From positions 1,440,001 through 1,504,000 of the forward strand of contig CAWDML010000009.1 in assembly GCA_963803435.1 (NCBI GenBank): a stretch of 64,000 nucleotides of DNA, given 5' to 3'. The notes beneath the pieces were generated by a model. The model searched no databases, was not told the origin of the DNA, and worked only from the letters and a program-made list of their open reading frames with translations. This DNA comes from an uncultured delta proteobacterium. Its GTDB lineage: Bacteria > Myxococcota > Kuafuiibacteriia > Kuafuiibacteriales > Kuafuiibacteriaceae. The position numbers were made by a program, and so were the translations under genes. Shown one piece after another: positions 36,549-48,721 of this stretch (positions within the stretch are counted from its first letter, which is position 1; every line of letters begins with the position of its first letter).

Positions 36549-38937
36549 CCAGCGCCAGCAGCCCGACGATCCAGAGCCCGGCGAACGACCCCGCGCCGCC
36601 GGCCGCGGTGCAGCCGAAGGCCTCCGCGTCGTCCGTCGAGGCGACGTCATCCTTCAGCACCAGCTCGCCCACCCGACCGGCCTCGTCGGTCGCCCGCACC
36701 CGGCGGACATCCGGCGCGAGCGTGGCGTGGCCATCGGCGTCGAGCGCGAGCGGATGCGTGCCGGAGGCGTCGACGGCCTCCACCGTGATGCGATCGCCGC
36801 TCACGCGATCCCAGGCGGACAGCGTGCGCCCCTGTACCGCGAGCTCCGGAGGCTCGCTGTCGATCCACACGTCGAGGACCGCCGGCGTCGGATCCAGCGA
36901 GCGATATTGTCCCTTCACCCGGGCCCGGGCCTCGATCCGATGGCGACCCTGGATCGCCAGCTCGGGGCGCGAGATCACGACGCGGTCGCTCGCGCCGAAC
37001 GCGGACCAGAACCCGCCGTCGACGCGCGTCTGCCACTCGAGCGGCCCGGCGCCGTGGCCCGCCAGCGCCAGCTCGATCTCGGGCAGGACCGGGCCGCCCG
37101 CGTGGTCGATCGAGAACGCCTCCGTGCTGGGCGTCCTCGTCTCCACCAATGAGGCCTCGGTCTCGGCCGCGGCGGTCAGGTTTCCGCCGGCCTGGAGCGC
37201 GAGGTCCGCGTAGAGCGCCAGCTGATCGTAGGAGCCCGACGGTCCCGGCACGCCGCGGATCCCGAGGACGTCGAGGTCCGTGCCCTCGAGCGTGGGGAGG
37301 GGGAACTGACCCGCCGAGCCCGCGAACTCCAGCAGCGCGAAGGAGAGGAGCGTCGGCAGTGCCTGGGCGATCGACGCCGGATCCTCCTGGAGCAACTCGC
37401 TGTTAGTGATGCGGACGTTGCCGATGATCTCCGGGACCCCCACGCCCACGATCGGCTCGAGCTGGTTGTCGGGCGTGACCATCACGGCGATGCCGAGGTG
37501 CAGGTCGAGCGTGGCGGTGAGGATCCGGACCCAGCGCTCCTCGATCAGCGCGCTCAGGTTGATCTCGAAGTCGCGGAGGTACAGGTGCACCAACGGGTCG
37601 ACGTACTCGGTGCTGCCGCCGTTCTCGTGCGTCTCGCCGGACCCGATCTGGATCTCGGGCTCCTGTCGCAGCCACGCGGAGACGCGGGCGGGACGCTGCG
37701 AGCGCGGCGACTGCCGGCTCTTGGTGAGGAAGCGGACCGACGGGATGATGATCTCGAGCGTGCCGGTGTGCAGGTCGTCGTAGTCGGCGGTGGTGACCGC
37801 ACCGCAGACGAGACCGCCGCCGTAGGCGGACCAGATCGCCTGATCCACGAAGGCCTTCGAGAGCGAGAGCGCGACCTGGTAGCTGGTCTCCGGCGTGCCG
37901 TCATAGTCGAGATCGACCGTCTCGGTGGCGGGGAGGGGCGGCGTCGGGGTGAAGGTCGGCCGCAGCCGAGGGCTGGGCAGGACCGTGGCGCAGGAGGGGT
38001 TGGGTGAGACGAGCTCCATCCCGCCGCGGACCCCGGCGGTGATGCCCGCGGGGTCGGCGGAGATCGCGCCTCCGACCTGGATCGCGAAGTCGCTGACGGC
38101 GTCGGGCGTATCGTACGAGTCGAGCACGGGCGGCACGGTGATCCGCTCCTCGTCCTCGAGACCCGGGAGGAGGATCTGATCGCCCTCGAGGCAGCGCTCG
38201 TTCGCGCAGCCGGCGCCCGCCGGGCAGTCAGCGGTGACGTCGCAGACCTGACCGACCGCGCTCGCTACCAGATCGCGGACCGCCGGGATCGCCGCGGCCC
38301 TGATGGCGGCGCGAAGATCGGCGGTCACCGGCGCGCTGCAGCCGCCGGAGGGCACCAGCGCCGGGATGACGGCGTTCGTGACGGTAAAGCCGATCTGGCC
38401 GCTGCTGCCGGGGGCCATGGTGAGCTCGACGTCGACGGCGGCGGGCCCCGGGAGGTCGAGCTGGGCGGTGCAGTCAACGCCGGTCGCCCGATCGTGGATC
38501 GGGATCGGGGTCGAGGCCAGCCGCGTGTCGATGCTCGCGGTCAACGCGCTCGGCGGCGACTGCGCCAGCGAGACCCGATCGATCGCGACGAAGACGCGAC
38601 AGGTCCCCGAGGTGCACACGTCGATCGCGCCCACGCTCGCCGGAGCCAGGTCGATCGCGGCGAAGGCGCCGCCGCTGCAGCGCGCGCCGACACAGCTCGA
38701 GCCCAGCGCCGCAGGACAGTCGGCGTCGCCGCTGCACGAGAGCACCGCGGCGTCCCTGATCCAGCCGTCGGCGGCGACGCTCAGCACGTCGAGCCCCGAG
38801 CGGGTGAGACGGACCTGGGCGGCGCGCTCGAGGCGGGCGGCTGGGTCGAAGCCGCCGGGAATCGGATCCGCGCCGACCTGGCAGTTGCCGCAGCCGGCGA
38901 GCGGCGCCGACAGCGCCCAGAGGAGGAGCCTTCTCAT
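36490..38937 (-). CDS. Large Cys-rich lipoprotein with MYXO-CTERM-like C-terminal sorting signal
   Basis: LAGC lipobox; C-terminal FGCTAAGGAGSFAGLWIVGLLALVR plus basic tail; Ig-like WQTRVDGGFWS..GRHRIEARA..DPTPA. Confidence 0.75.
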   Translation of the reverse strand: MRRLLLWALSAPLAGCGNCQVGADPIPGGFDPAARLERAAQVRLTRSGLDVLSVAADGWIRDAAVLSCSGDADCPAALGSSCVGARCSGGAFAAIDLAPASVGAIDVCTSGTCRVFVAIDRVSLAQSPPSALTASIDTRLASTPIPIHDRATGVDCTAQLDLPGPAAVDVELTMAPGSSGQIGFTVTNAVIPALVPSGGCSAPVTADLRAAIRAAAIPAVRDLVASAVGQVCDVTADCPAGAGCANERCLEGDQILLPGLEDEERITVPPVLDSYDTPDAVSDFAIQVGGAISADPAGITAGVRGGMELVSPNPSCATVLPSPRLRPTFTPTPPLPATETVDLDYDGTPETSYQVALSLSKAFVDQAIWSAYGGGLVCGAVTTADYDDLHTGTLEIIIPSVRFLTKSRQSPRSQRPARVSAWLRQEPEIQIGSGETHENGGSTEYVDPLVHLYLRDFEINLSALIEERWVRILTATLDLHLGIAVMVTPDNQLEPIVGVGVPEIIGNVRITNSELLQEDPASIAQALPTLLSFALLEFAGSAGQFPLPTLEGTDLDVLGIRGVPGPSGSYDQLALYADLALQAGGNLTAAAETEASLVETRTPSTEAFSIDHAGGPVLPEIELALAGHGAGPLEWQTRVDGGFWSAFGASDRVVISRPELAIQGRHRIEARARVKGQYRSLDPTPAVLDVWIDSEPPELAVQGRTLSAWDRVSGDRITVEAVDASGTHPLALDADGHATLAPDVRRVRATDEAGRVGELVLKDDVASTDDAEAFGCTAAGGAGSFAGLWIVGLLALVRTLAWPRGRRPRRAPSSS

Positions 38938-38979
38938 TCCCCGAGTTTGTGGAGATCACCGGACCTCCGGTCAATCCGC

Positions 38980-40521
38980 TCAGATGATGTCGACCCGACC
39001 CTGCCGGAAGGTCCCCTGACCGGCCAGGATCGCCCGGCCCTGCTCCGCGCGCCGCTCCACGACGCGCTGGATGAACGCCATGGCTTTCGGGCGGCTCTTC
39101 ACGATCTTGAGGAACATCGGCGCCGGCAGCTCCATGACCAGGCACCTCTCGGTGGCCCGAACGCTGGCGACCGCCGGACTCTCGGTCAGGATCGACATCT
39201 CACCCGCCACGTCACCGGGGCCGAGCGCGCCCAGCTTGGTGGGGGTGCCGGACTGATCGCGCACCACGTCCGCGCGCCCGGCCAGCAGGAGCAGCAGGCC
39301 CTCGGCGCGGGCGCCCTCGGCAAGCAGCGTGGCGCCGGCCTCGGCCTCGAGGAAGCGGAAGCGGGCGCGCAGGGCCTCGCGATCGCGCTCGGACAGGACG
39401 GTGAACAGCGGGTTGGTCGACAGGAGCCGCTCGACCGAACGATCGCGGAAGAAGCGGAGCAGCACCGGGAGCACCTGGGGATCGGTCGCCATCACCTTCT
39501 TCATGGCGGTCCGATCGATCCGGATCAGGTGCGTCTCCTGCAGCGCGATGCAGGTGGCGCTCCGCGGCTGATCGGACAACAGCGCGATCTCACCGAAGAA
39601 GTCGCCCTCCTGCAGGCGGCTGATCCCCCGTCGCGGCGGCCCCTCGTCGATCACGCCGATCGCCCCCTCGGCGATCACGAAGAGCGCGTCGCCCGGATCC
39701 CCTTGATGGAAGACCTCCTGATCCTTCGAGAGCGCGATCGGGCTGGCCTGCATCAGGAGCTCGGAGAAGCTCTTCTCGGCCAGCTCGGCGAACAGCGGGG
39801 TCGCGGTCAGCGCCGCGTTCGTCGCCTTCGCCTCCGCGAGCTCGGCCTCCACGGCCAGGATCGCCTCATCCTCGCTGAGCACGTCGCCGCGCGGCGGGGG
39901 CGCCCCGTGGACCTCGGCCCGCACCTGGGCGGCGGCCTTCGCGGTGACGTTGCCCCCGGAGTCGAGCGTCAGCTCCAGGTTCGCCGCCAGGTGGAGAGGG
40001 AGCTCCTCCTCGCCCAGCTCGAGCGGCCCGTCGACCTCGTTGGCCAGCGGGATGCGATAGATCCCGGCGCGCGTGCTGTGCGGCCTCGACGCCGCCACGC
40101 GCCGGAGCTCGAGGCTCTGGATCCCCGCGTCCGGCTGCTCGACCCAGCCCTCCTCCGGCGCGCGCCAGCCGGAGGACGCCGGCGCCGGGGTCGCCTGTCG
40201 GGCTCGCCGATGGACGAGCAGCAGGCGCTCCCGTGTGGGCGCGTGGTTCGGATCGATCTGGAGGATCTGGTTGCAGACGGTGGCGCACTTCAGCAGATCG
40301 CCGACCTTCTCGTAGTTGACCGCGGAGCGGGCGAGCGCGTCGATCTCGTCGAGCGGCCGGCCCATCCGGTTGAGCACGAGCGCGGTGCGGCGCGGCCACA
40401 TCGGATCTTCGGGCTCGAGCTTCTCGAGATCGAGGCAATGCCGAAGCGCGAGCGGGTGCTGCGCGCGCTTGAGAGCCTCGGATGCCGCAGCCTTCAGCCG
40501 AGCGACGTCCGCTCCATCCAT
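38980..40521 (-). CDS. Cyclic-nucleotide-binding protein (N-terminal TPR plus two cNMP domains)
   Basis: FHQGDPGDALFVIAEG..GDFFGEIALL..PRSATC; second domain GDVAGEMSIL..PAVASV. Confidence 0.9.
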   Translation of the reverse strand: MDGADVARLKAAASEALKRAQHPLALRHCLDLEKLEPEDPMWPRRTALVLNRMGRPLDEIDALARSAVNYEKVGDLLKCATVCNQILQIDPNHAPTRERLLLVHRRARQATPAPASSGWRAPEEGWVEQPDAGIQSLELRRVAASRPHSTRAGIYRIPLANEVDGPLELGEEELPLHLAANLELTLDSGGNVTAKAAAQVRAEVHGAPPPRGDVLSEDEAILAVEAELAEAKATNAALTATPLFAELAEKSFSELLMQASPIALSKDQEVFHQGDPGDALFVIAEGAIGVIDEGPPRRGISRLQEGDFFGEIALLSDQPRSATCIALQETHLIRIDRTAMKKVMATDPQVLPVLLRFFRDRSVERLLSTNPLFTVLSERDREALRARFRFLEAEAGATLLAEGARAEGLLLLLAGRADVVRDQSGTPTKLGALGPGDVAGEMSILTESPAVASVRATERCLVMELPAPMFLKIVKSRPKAMAFIQRVVERRAEQGRAILAGQGTFRQGRVDII

Positions 40522-40582
40522 GCCGGCCGAGTATAGCCCAAACGCTTGCCAGCATCGCGATCTCCGCGGGATGTGCGGGCAG

Positions 40583-41722
40583 ATGCAGCTCGGCGCGCTG
40601 TTGGCCCTCTCCCTCGCGACAACCTCGACGACGACCGCGCCCCCGTACGCGATCGGCTTCGTCCCCGGTCGAGGCCTGGTCCTCGAGGTCCCGGGGCGGG
40701 CGCAGGTCGCCTTGGGGACACACGGTCAGGTGCTCTACACCGTCGAGGACTCACCGGACACCGGCGACCAGCTGGAGCAGAGCCTCCAGCTCCGGCGGCT
40801 CCGCCTCAGCCTGAGCGGCTACTTCTTCGAGGTCTACAACCAGTACAAGGTCGAGCTCGCGTTCGCGCCGCGCGAGGGTCGACAGTCGCCGCTGCTCGAC
40901 GCGTACTACCGCTTCAGCTACCTGCGCGATCTGAACCTGCAGATCGGCCAGTACAAGCTGCCGTTCAGCCGCGAGCGTCTCAACTCGATCACCGACCTCA
41001 ACATGGTCGATCTGTCCATCGTGGACGGCGAGTTCGGCCTCGAGCGCGACATCGGTCTCGACCTGCGCTCGGACGACCTCTTCGGGCTGCGGCTGCTCCG
41101 CTACGACCTGGGGGTGTTCATCGGCGAGGGACGCAATAGCTTCGACTTCTCAGACTTCGGCCTGGCCTACCTCGCCCGCGTCGAGGTGCTCCCGTTCGGG
41201 CTGTTCGACGAGCGCTCCCAGCCGGATCTCGCCCGCCTCCCCGAGCCTCGCCTCTCGATCGGCGCCTCGTACGTCTTCATCGACCGGGCTCACCGCGATC
41301 GCGGCATCCAGGGCGCGGTACCGGTCGACGGAGGTACCACCGACGTTCACGTCGCCACCGCCGACCTCGCGTTCCTCTTCGAGGGTCTCTCGGTGCTCCT
41401 CGAGGTCTTCTACCGACGCGGGATCCGGAACCCGCCGCCCGGCGCGCCCGAGGTCGCGCCCGCCCGAAACGCGTGGGGCTTCATGCTGCAGCCCGGCTAC
41501 CTGCTCCCTTGGCTGGATCTCGAGCTCGTGGGCCGCTTCGCCCGCATCATCCCGTACGGGAGCTCGGACGTGACCCTCGACAGCGAGCTGGGCGCCGGGC
41601 TCAACGACTACTTCCTCGGCCACTGCCTGAAGCTGCAGGCCGACTACTTCCACCGCTGGTGGACGAACGATCTCGGCAATGGCTCCGATACCTTCCGCCT
41701 CCAGCTTCAGGCCGGCTTCTGA
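40583..41722 (+). CDS. OprO/OprP-family porin
   Basis: LRRLRLSLSG, LLDAYY, IGQYKLPFSRE, RDIG; C-terminal FRLQLQAGF. Confidence 0.85.
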   Translation: MQLGALLALSLATTSTTTAPPYAIGFVPGRGLVLEVPGRAQVALGTHGQVLYTVEDSPDTGDQLEQSLQLRRLRLSLSGYFFEVYNQYKVELAFAPREGRQSPLLDAYYRFSYLRDLNLQIGQYKLPFSRERLNSITDLNMVDLSIVDGEFGLERDIGLDLRSDDLFGLRLLRYDLGVFIGEGRNSFDFSDFGLAYLARVEVLPFGLFDERSQPDLARLPEPRLSIGASYVFIDRAHRDRGIQGAVPVDGGTTDVHVATADLAFLFEGLSVLLEVFYRRGIRNPPPGAPEVAPARNAWGFMLQPGYLLPWLDLELVGRFARIIPYGSSDVTLDSELGAGLNDYFLGHCLKLQADYFHRWWTNDLGNGSDTFRLQLQAGF

Positions 41723-41740
41723 TCGTGATGTGCTGAACCG

Positions 41741-42214
41741 GTGGACCGATATCGATTGGCGCCGATGTCACCTCTCTTGCTGGTGATGACCCTCGTGCTG
41801 TGGGCGATCCCACCCGTGTTCATGATCGTACCCTACGGGCGGCCCCTAGCGATCGGCATGATCGCGATGTACGCCCTCGTCTGGCTGGTGGGCCGCCCCA
41901 CCCGCTTCGAGATCAGCCCGGACTCCCTCTCGATCGTGTGGCCGCTCCGGAGGCGCGTCATCCCGCGCGCCGACATCTCGGGGGTCCGCTACCTCTCGAG
42001 GGCCGCGCTCAAGGAGGAGGTCGGCTACGCGATGCGCTTCGGTGTGGGCGGTCTGTGGGGCGGGTTCGGCCGGGCCTGGACCGGCAAGGGCACGATGGAG
42101 CTGTGGATCTCGCGGCAGGACTGGTGCGTGCTCGTGGAGCGCCGATCGGGCATGCCGCTCATCCTCACGCCCGAGCGACCGGAGGCCTTCACGCACGCGC
42201 TGGCGCCGAGGTGA
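41741..42214 (+). CDS. Bacterial PH-domain membrane protein
   Basis: Two N-terminal TMs; RFGVGGLWGGFG; LILTPERPEAF. Confidence 0.75.
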   Translation: MDRYRLAPMSPLLLVMTLVLWAIPPVFMIVPYGRPLAIGMIAMYALVWLVGRPTRFEISPDSLSIVWPLRRRVIPRADISGVRYLSRAALKEEVGYAMRFGVGGLWGGFGRAWTGKGTMELWISRQDWCVLVERRSGMPLILTPERPEAFTHALAPR

Positions 42215-42226
42215 TCGGCGCGCGCG

Positions 42227-42739
42227 TCACTTGTGGGTGGCGTTGTACTTGCGGATGACCTCGTTGGTCAGGTCGAGGTGCGCCTTTGCGTAGAGCAGGC
42301 GGCTCTCCTGGATCTCGAGGATGATCGTGTACTCGCCCTGCTTGCCGATCTCCTCGATGATCTTCCGCATCTTGTCCGTGATGACCCCCAGCTTCTTCTG
42401 CTCGAGCTGCTGGAGCTCCTGCTGCTCCTTCACGAAGACCTGCTGGAGATCGAGCAGCTTGTTCTGGAAGTCGAGCCGCTTCTGCTGGGTCGCCGGATCG
42501 TCCTTCTTGGACTGGGCCTCCAGCGCGTCCTTGAGGGCCTTCAGCTCCGCCTCACGCTTCTGGAGCGCGGCCTGCTTCTCGTCGAACGTCTTCTTCAGCG
42601 CCGACTTGGCCCGCTTGCCTTCGTCGACCTCCAGAATGGCTCGCTGCAGGTTGACGTAGCCGATGACCTCTTTGGCCTGGGCGACCTTGGCGACGCCCAT
42701 CGAGGTGAGGAGAACGAGAACACAGGCAGCCCTGAGCAT
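42227..42739 (-). CDS. ompH: OmpH/Skp periplasmic chaperone
   Basis: Signal peptide; IGYVNLQRAI; coiled coil; LLYAKAHLDLTNEVIRKYN. Confidence 0.92.
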   Translation of the reverse strand: MLRAACVLVLLTSMGVAKVAQAKEVIGYVNLQRAILEVDEGKRAKSALKKTFDEKQAALQKREAELKALKDALEAQSKKDDPATQQKRLDFQNKLLDLQQVFVKEQQELQQLEQKKLGVITDKMRKIIEEIGKQGEYTIILEIQESRLLYAKAHLDLTNEVIRKYNATHK

Positions 42740-42773
42740 TGGGTGTCGCGCTATCGCGGACGAGGCGACCCGG

Positions 42774-43433
42774 TCAACGAATACCATCATCGGATCGACG
42801 GCCGGCCGGCTCCGCCTGTTCATCGTCGGGCGCGACCCGGGCGGCGTAGATGATCGCGAGCACCACCGCCAGGATTGCGGGAACCAGCGAAGCCACGAAG
42901 ACCCAGCGGCCTTGGAAGAACAGGGCCGACAGCCCCGCGAGGCCCGCCACCACGAACATCTTCGCTGCCGCCCGATGCGTCTTCCGCCAGACGGACTCGC
43001 TCTTGAGCGTCCTGCGGGTACGGATCCCCATGGCGCTGTTCGGCTCGAGCGTTCCGAGGACCGGCCCCAGCCCGAGCAGCAGGATCGCGGTGGCGGCCGG
43101 CACTCCGCGATCCAGCGGGAACATGCCGATCGCTGCGGCCAGCACCGACGCGTGGATGCAGAACAGGAACGCGCTCACCCAGATGATCATGAGATCGCCC
43201 GTCCGGCTCGGGGTTCGTTCGGTGCGGCGGGTCAACAGCCGGAGGAGCAGCGTCAGGAGCACGCTGAACGCCGGCGTGCCCAGAAACGCCAGCAGGAGCT
43301 TCGGCGTCATCTCCTGATCCCGGGCGTCGAGCTTGTTCGTGTAGACCCAGGCCGACAGCATGAACCCCGACCAGGCCACGCCGAGCGGGATGGCCCACCG
43401 CGTGACTACGCTGGAGACCGGCGCCTCGCTCAC
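42774..43433 (-). CDS. SdpI-family membrane protein
   Basis: PNSAMGIRTRRTLKSESVWRKTHR motif; multiple TMs. Confidence 0.85.
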   Translation of the reverse strand: MSEAPVSSVVTRWAIPLGVAWSGFMLSAWVYTNKLDARDQEMTPKLLLAFLGTPAFSVLLTLLLRLLTRRTERTPSRTGDLMIIWVSAFLFCIHASVLAAAIGMFPLDRGVPAATAILLLGLGPVLGTLEPNSAMGIRTRRTLKSESVWRKTHRAAAKMFVVAGLAGLSALFFQGRWVFVASLVPAILAVVLAIIYAARVAPDDEQAEPAGRRSDDGIR

Positions 43434-44413
43434 GTCAGCAACCCCGAGCTCTTGAGGACCGCCCGCAGCCGCTCGCTCTGCTCGGGCGTCACCTGCTCGT
43501 AGGGCGGCCGCACGAAGCTCTTGATCTTGTGACCCTGCAGGCGGAGGCCCTCCTTCACGTAGGCGAAGGGTACCAGGGGCGGCATCGTGCCGACGAGCGG
43601 CCGGTTCGCCAGCCGAGCGGTCAGCTTCTTCACGCCGTCGAGCTCTTCGAGAGACCTGGGCGGGCCCAGCAGGTCGACGGCCGGGCGAACCTTCTTTTCA
43701 ATGGATTTGATCTTGGGCGTGTCCGAGGCCTTGATCGCACCCATCAGCTCGACGGCCTGGTCGGTGCCCAGCATCGCCAGCCCGCAGATGGTACCCGAGG
43801 CCCCCGCCTTGGCGGCGCCCGAGAACGCCAGCGAGCAGCCGGTGAGCACCGGGCCGGGGAGCGCCTTCATGCGGCGCACCCAGGTCTGGATCTCCTCGGA
43901 CGGTGCCTGCGGCAGAAAGACGCCGCGGAGGCGCTCGTGCTGGGCCAGCGTCGCAATCTCCTCCGGCGCCAGCCCCTCGAGCGCGTTGTCCGGCCGGATC
44001 GTCACGTAGACCGGACACGCGACGGACCGCGCCACGTGATCGAGGTGCCGATAGAGCGCTCGGTAGTCGAGCCCCGGCGTCTTGAGCGGCGACAACAAGA
44101 GCGCGCTCGCCCCCTTCTTCTCCGCCAGCCGCGCCAGGTCGACGGCGCCGCGCGTCGACGGCTCCGAGATCGAGACCAGCATCGGCTTCTTGCCTTTGAC
44201 TCGACCCGCAATCCGCTCGACCAGCTTCCTCCGCTCGTCGAGCGCCAGCAGCGGATCCTCGGCGGCCTCCGTCAGGAGCGCCAGGCCGTCGATCGGACGC
44301 TGCAGCAGGTAATCGACGAGCTGATCGAGGACGGGTTCATCGACCTGCCCCCGCTCGTCCATGGGCGTCGGGAGCGCGACGTAGAGCGAGGCGAATGCGA
44401 CGGGCTCCGACAC
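43430..44413 (-). CDS. DHDPS/NAL-family TIM-barrel protein lacking catalytic residues
   Basis: ALPTPMDERGQVD, DERRKL, STRGAVDLARLAEKKGA, VKEGL..VRPP; active-site motifs replaced. Confidence 0.8.
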   Translation of the reverse strand: MSEPVAFASLYVALPTPMDERGQVDEPVLDQLVDYLLQRPIDGLALLTEAAEDPLLALDERRKLVERIAGRVKGKKPMLVSISEPSTRGAVDLARLAEKKGASALLLSPLKTPGLDYRALYRHLDHVARSVACPVYVTIRPDNALEGLAPEEIATLAQHERLRGVFLPQAPSEEIQTWVRRMKALPGPVLTGCSLAFSGAAKAGASGTICGLAMLGTDQAVELMGAIKASDTPKIKSIEKKVRPAVDLLGPPRSLEELDGVKKLTARLANRPLVGTMPPLVPFAYVKEGLRLQGHKIKSFVRPPYEQVTPEQSERLRAVLKSSGLLT

Positions 44414-44418
44414 GGCCG

Positions 44419-45476
44419 CTAGCGGGCGCCGACCTTCTCGAGCAGGAGGTCCTTGAGCTCGATCGTCTCTTCGTCCTTGGAGCGGATCGCGGTGACCGTC
44501 GTGATCAGGTCGCTGGTGGGTCGGACCCGACCCTTGTCGTCCAGCTCGAGCAGCTCCTCGAGGGCCAGCTTGGTCAAACGCTCGTCCCCCAGCTCGACGA
44601 TGCGGACCAGCGTCACCTGATCGGGCGGCAGCCGATAGCGCTCCGCCAGCTCACGCGCGGCCCGCAGCGCCTCCTCGACGGAGCCGGACATGCGAACCTG
44701 CGTCGCGAGGCTGTCACGCTCGCTGATACGCACGTCGAACGGCGTCTTGTGGAAGTGCTGCGTGATCTCGTTGTGCTGAGGCGCGATCTTCTGGAACGCC
44801 GCCTCCGCCTCCTGCCGCTTTCGCTCCGCCACGGACGGCGGTTTGTTCGGCAGATCGGGTCGCTTCTCGATCTTGTCCCGGCTCGACTCGAGCCGCGGGT
44901 TGATCTCCACGATCCGGGCAGGACTCTTCATCTGCCCGTTCTCGCGGCTCTCCGGGGCGCCGACCTTGGCCAGGGCAGCGCGGGCCTGCTCGACCGGATC
45001 CGGACCCTTCTTCGCTCTGGTGGGACGCCGTTCGCCCCTCGCCACCCGCAGGACGCCCGGCTTTTTCACCGGGGCGCTCACTGGTTCCTTCACGGGTTCC
45101 TCCTTCGCCACCACCGGAGCTTTGATCGGCTCCGTCACCGCCTTCTTGGGCTCGGCCTTCGGAGGCTTCGGCGCCTTCTTGGGCGCCGCCTTCTTCACGA
45201 GGGCCGGCCTCTTCGTCGGGGTGGGGGTGGTCTTCGCGGCCGTCTTCTTCTTCTTCGCCGCGGTCTTGTTCTTGGTGATCTTGGGTCGAGGCGCCTTCTT
45301 CTTCTTGCGGGTGGGCTTGGCCGCGGCCGGGGGCCTCTTCGGCGCCGGCTTCAGCTGCGTCTTCCGCTTCGCTGCGACCGCCTTCTTCTTCGCGGGCATC
45401 TTCTTGGGAGAGGCGCTCATCTTCTTGCCGGCGCTCTTCTTGGTCGCCTTCCTCTTCGCCACCGCGCCCTTCGCGC

Positions 45477-45480
<4 letters not shown>
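44419..45480 (-). CDS. Protein with histone H1-like Lys/Ala/Pro-rich N-terminus and helical C-terminal domain
   Basis: About 130 aa of KKA/PKK low complexity, then [28 protein letters not shown]; ATGA overlap with purL. Confidence 0.75.
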
Positions 45481-47719
<2,239 letters not shown>

Positions 47720-47723
<4 letters not shown>

Positions 47724-48397
47724 CCGCCCTCCAGCGCCGCGCGGATCGACTCGAACAGCCCGAGGCCGTCCGTGCTGCCGAGCACCGACTCCGCGGCGCG
47801 CTCCGGGTGCGGCATCAACCCCAGCACGTTCCCCTGCACGTTCACGATCCCGGCGATGTCGCGGGCCGATCCGTTCGGGTTGTGGCCGGTCGCATAGCGA
47901 AAGACGACGCGACCCTCGCCGTCCAGGCGATCGAGCGTCTCCTCCGAGGCGTGGTAGCGGCCCTCGTGATGCGCCACGGGGATCATCAGCTCGCTCTTCG
48001 GCGCATAGGCGCTGGAGAACGCCGTGCCCGCGTTCTCCACGCGGACCTTCACCCAGCGGCACACGAACTTCTGGGAGGCGTTCTGGAGCATCGCGCCCTC
48101 GAGGAGCTGCGCCTCCAGGAGGACCTGGAAGCCGTTGCAGATCCCGAGCACGATCCCGCCGCGATCCGCATGGGCCTTGACCGCGTCCATGATGGGGGAG
48201 AAGCGCGCCAGCGCGCCCGAGCGCAGGGCGTCGCCGTAGGAGAACCCGCCAGGGAGCACGCAGAGGTCCGTCCCCGCAGGGAGCGACGTGTCCTTGTGCC
48301 AGACCGACACCGTCTCCACGCCGAGCACGTCCCGCGCGACGTGGACCGCATCCTCGTCGCAGTTCGATCCGGGGAATGTAACAACCGCAACTTTCAC
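47720..48397 (-). CDS. purQ: FGAM synthase glutaminase subunit PurQ
   Basis: [30 protein letters not shown]. Confidence 0.98.
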
Positions 48398-48401
48398 GCG
48401 G

Positions 48402-48641
48402 TTACGTGAGCTCGACCTGGAAGTCCTCGATCACCGTGTTCGCGAGGAGCTGCTCACCCATCTGAGCCAGGCGCTTCCTCGCTTCCTCCGGCGGCATGTC
48501 CTCCAGCTCGAACTCGATCACCTTTCCGATCCGGACCTGCCGGACCTCGTCGAAACCGAGCTGCTGCAGGCTGTTGGCGACCGCCTGTCCCGCTGGATCC
48601 AACACTCCTTTGCGGAGTGTGACGAGCACACGGGCCAACAT
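48402..48641 (-). CDS. purS: FGAM synthase subunit PurS
   Basis: VLDPAGQAV, VRIGK, LLANTVIEDF. Confidence 0.96.
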   Translation of the reverse strand: MLARVLVTLRKGVLDPAGQAVANSLQQLGFDEVRQVRIGKVIEFELEDMPPEEARKRLAQMGEQLLANTVIEDFQVELT

Positions 48642-48721
48642 CGCCGATGTCGGTAACAAGGGGGGGTGGAAGGGTCAAGAACAGTTGACAGTTGAGCGTC
48701 GAGAGTCGAGCGCGGCTACGG

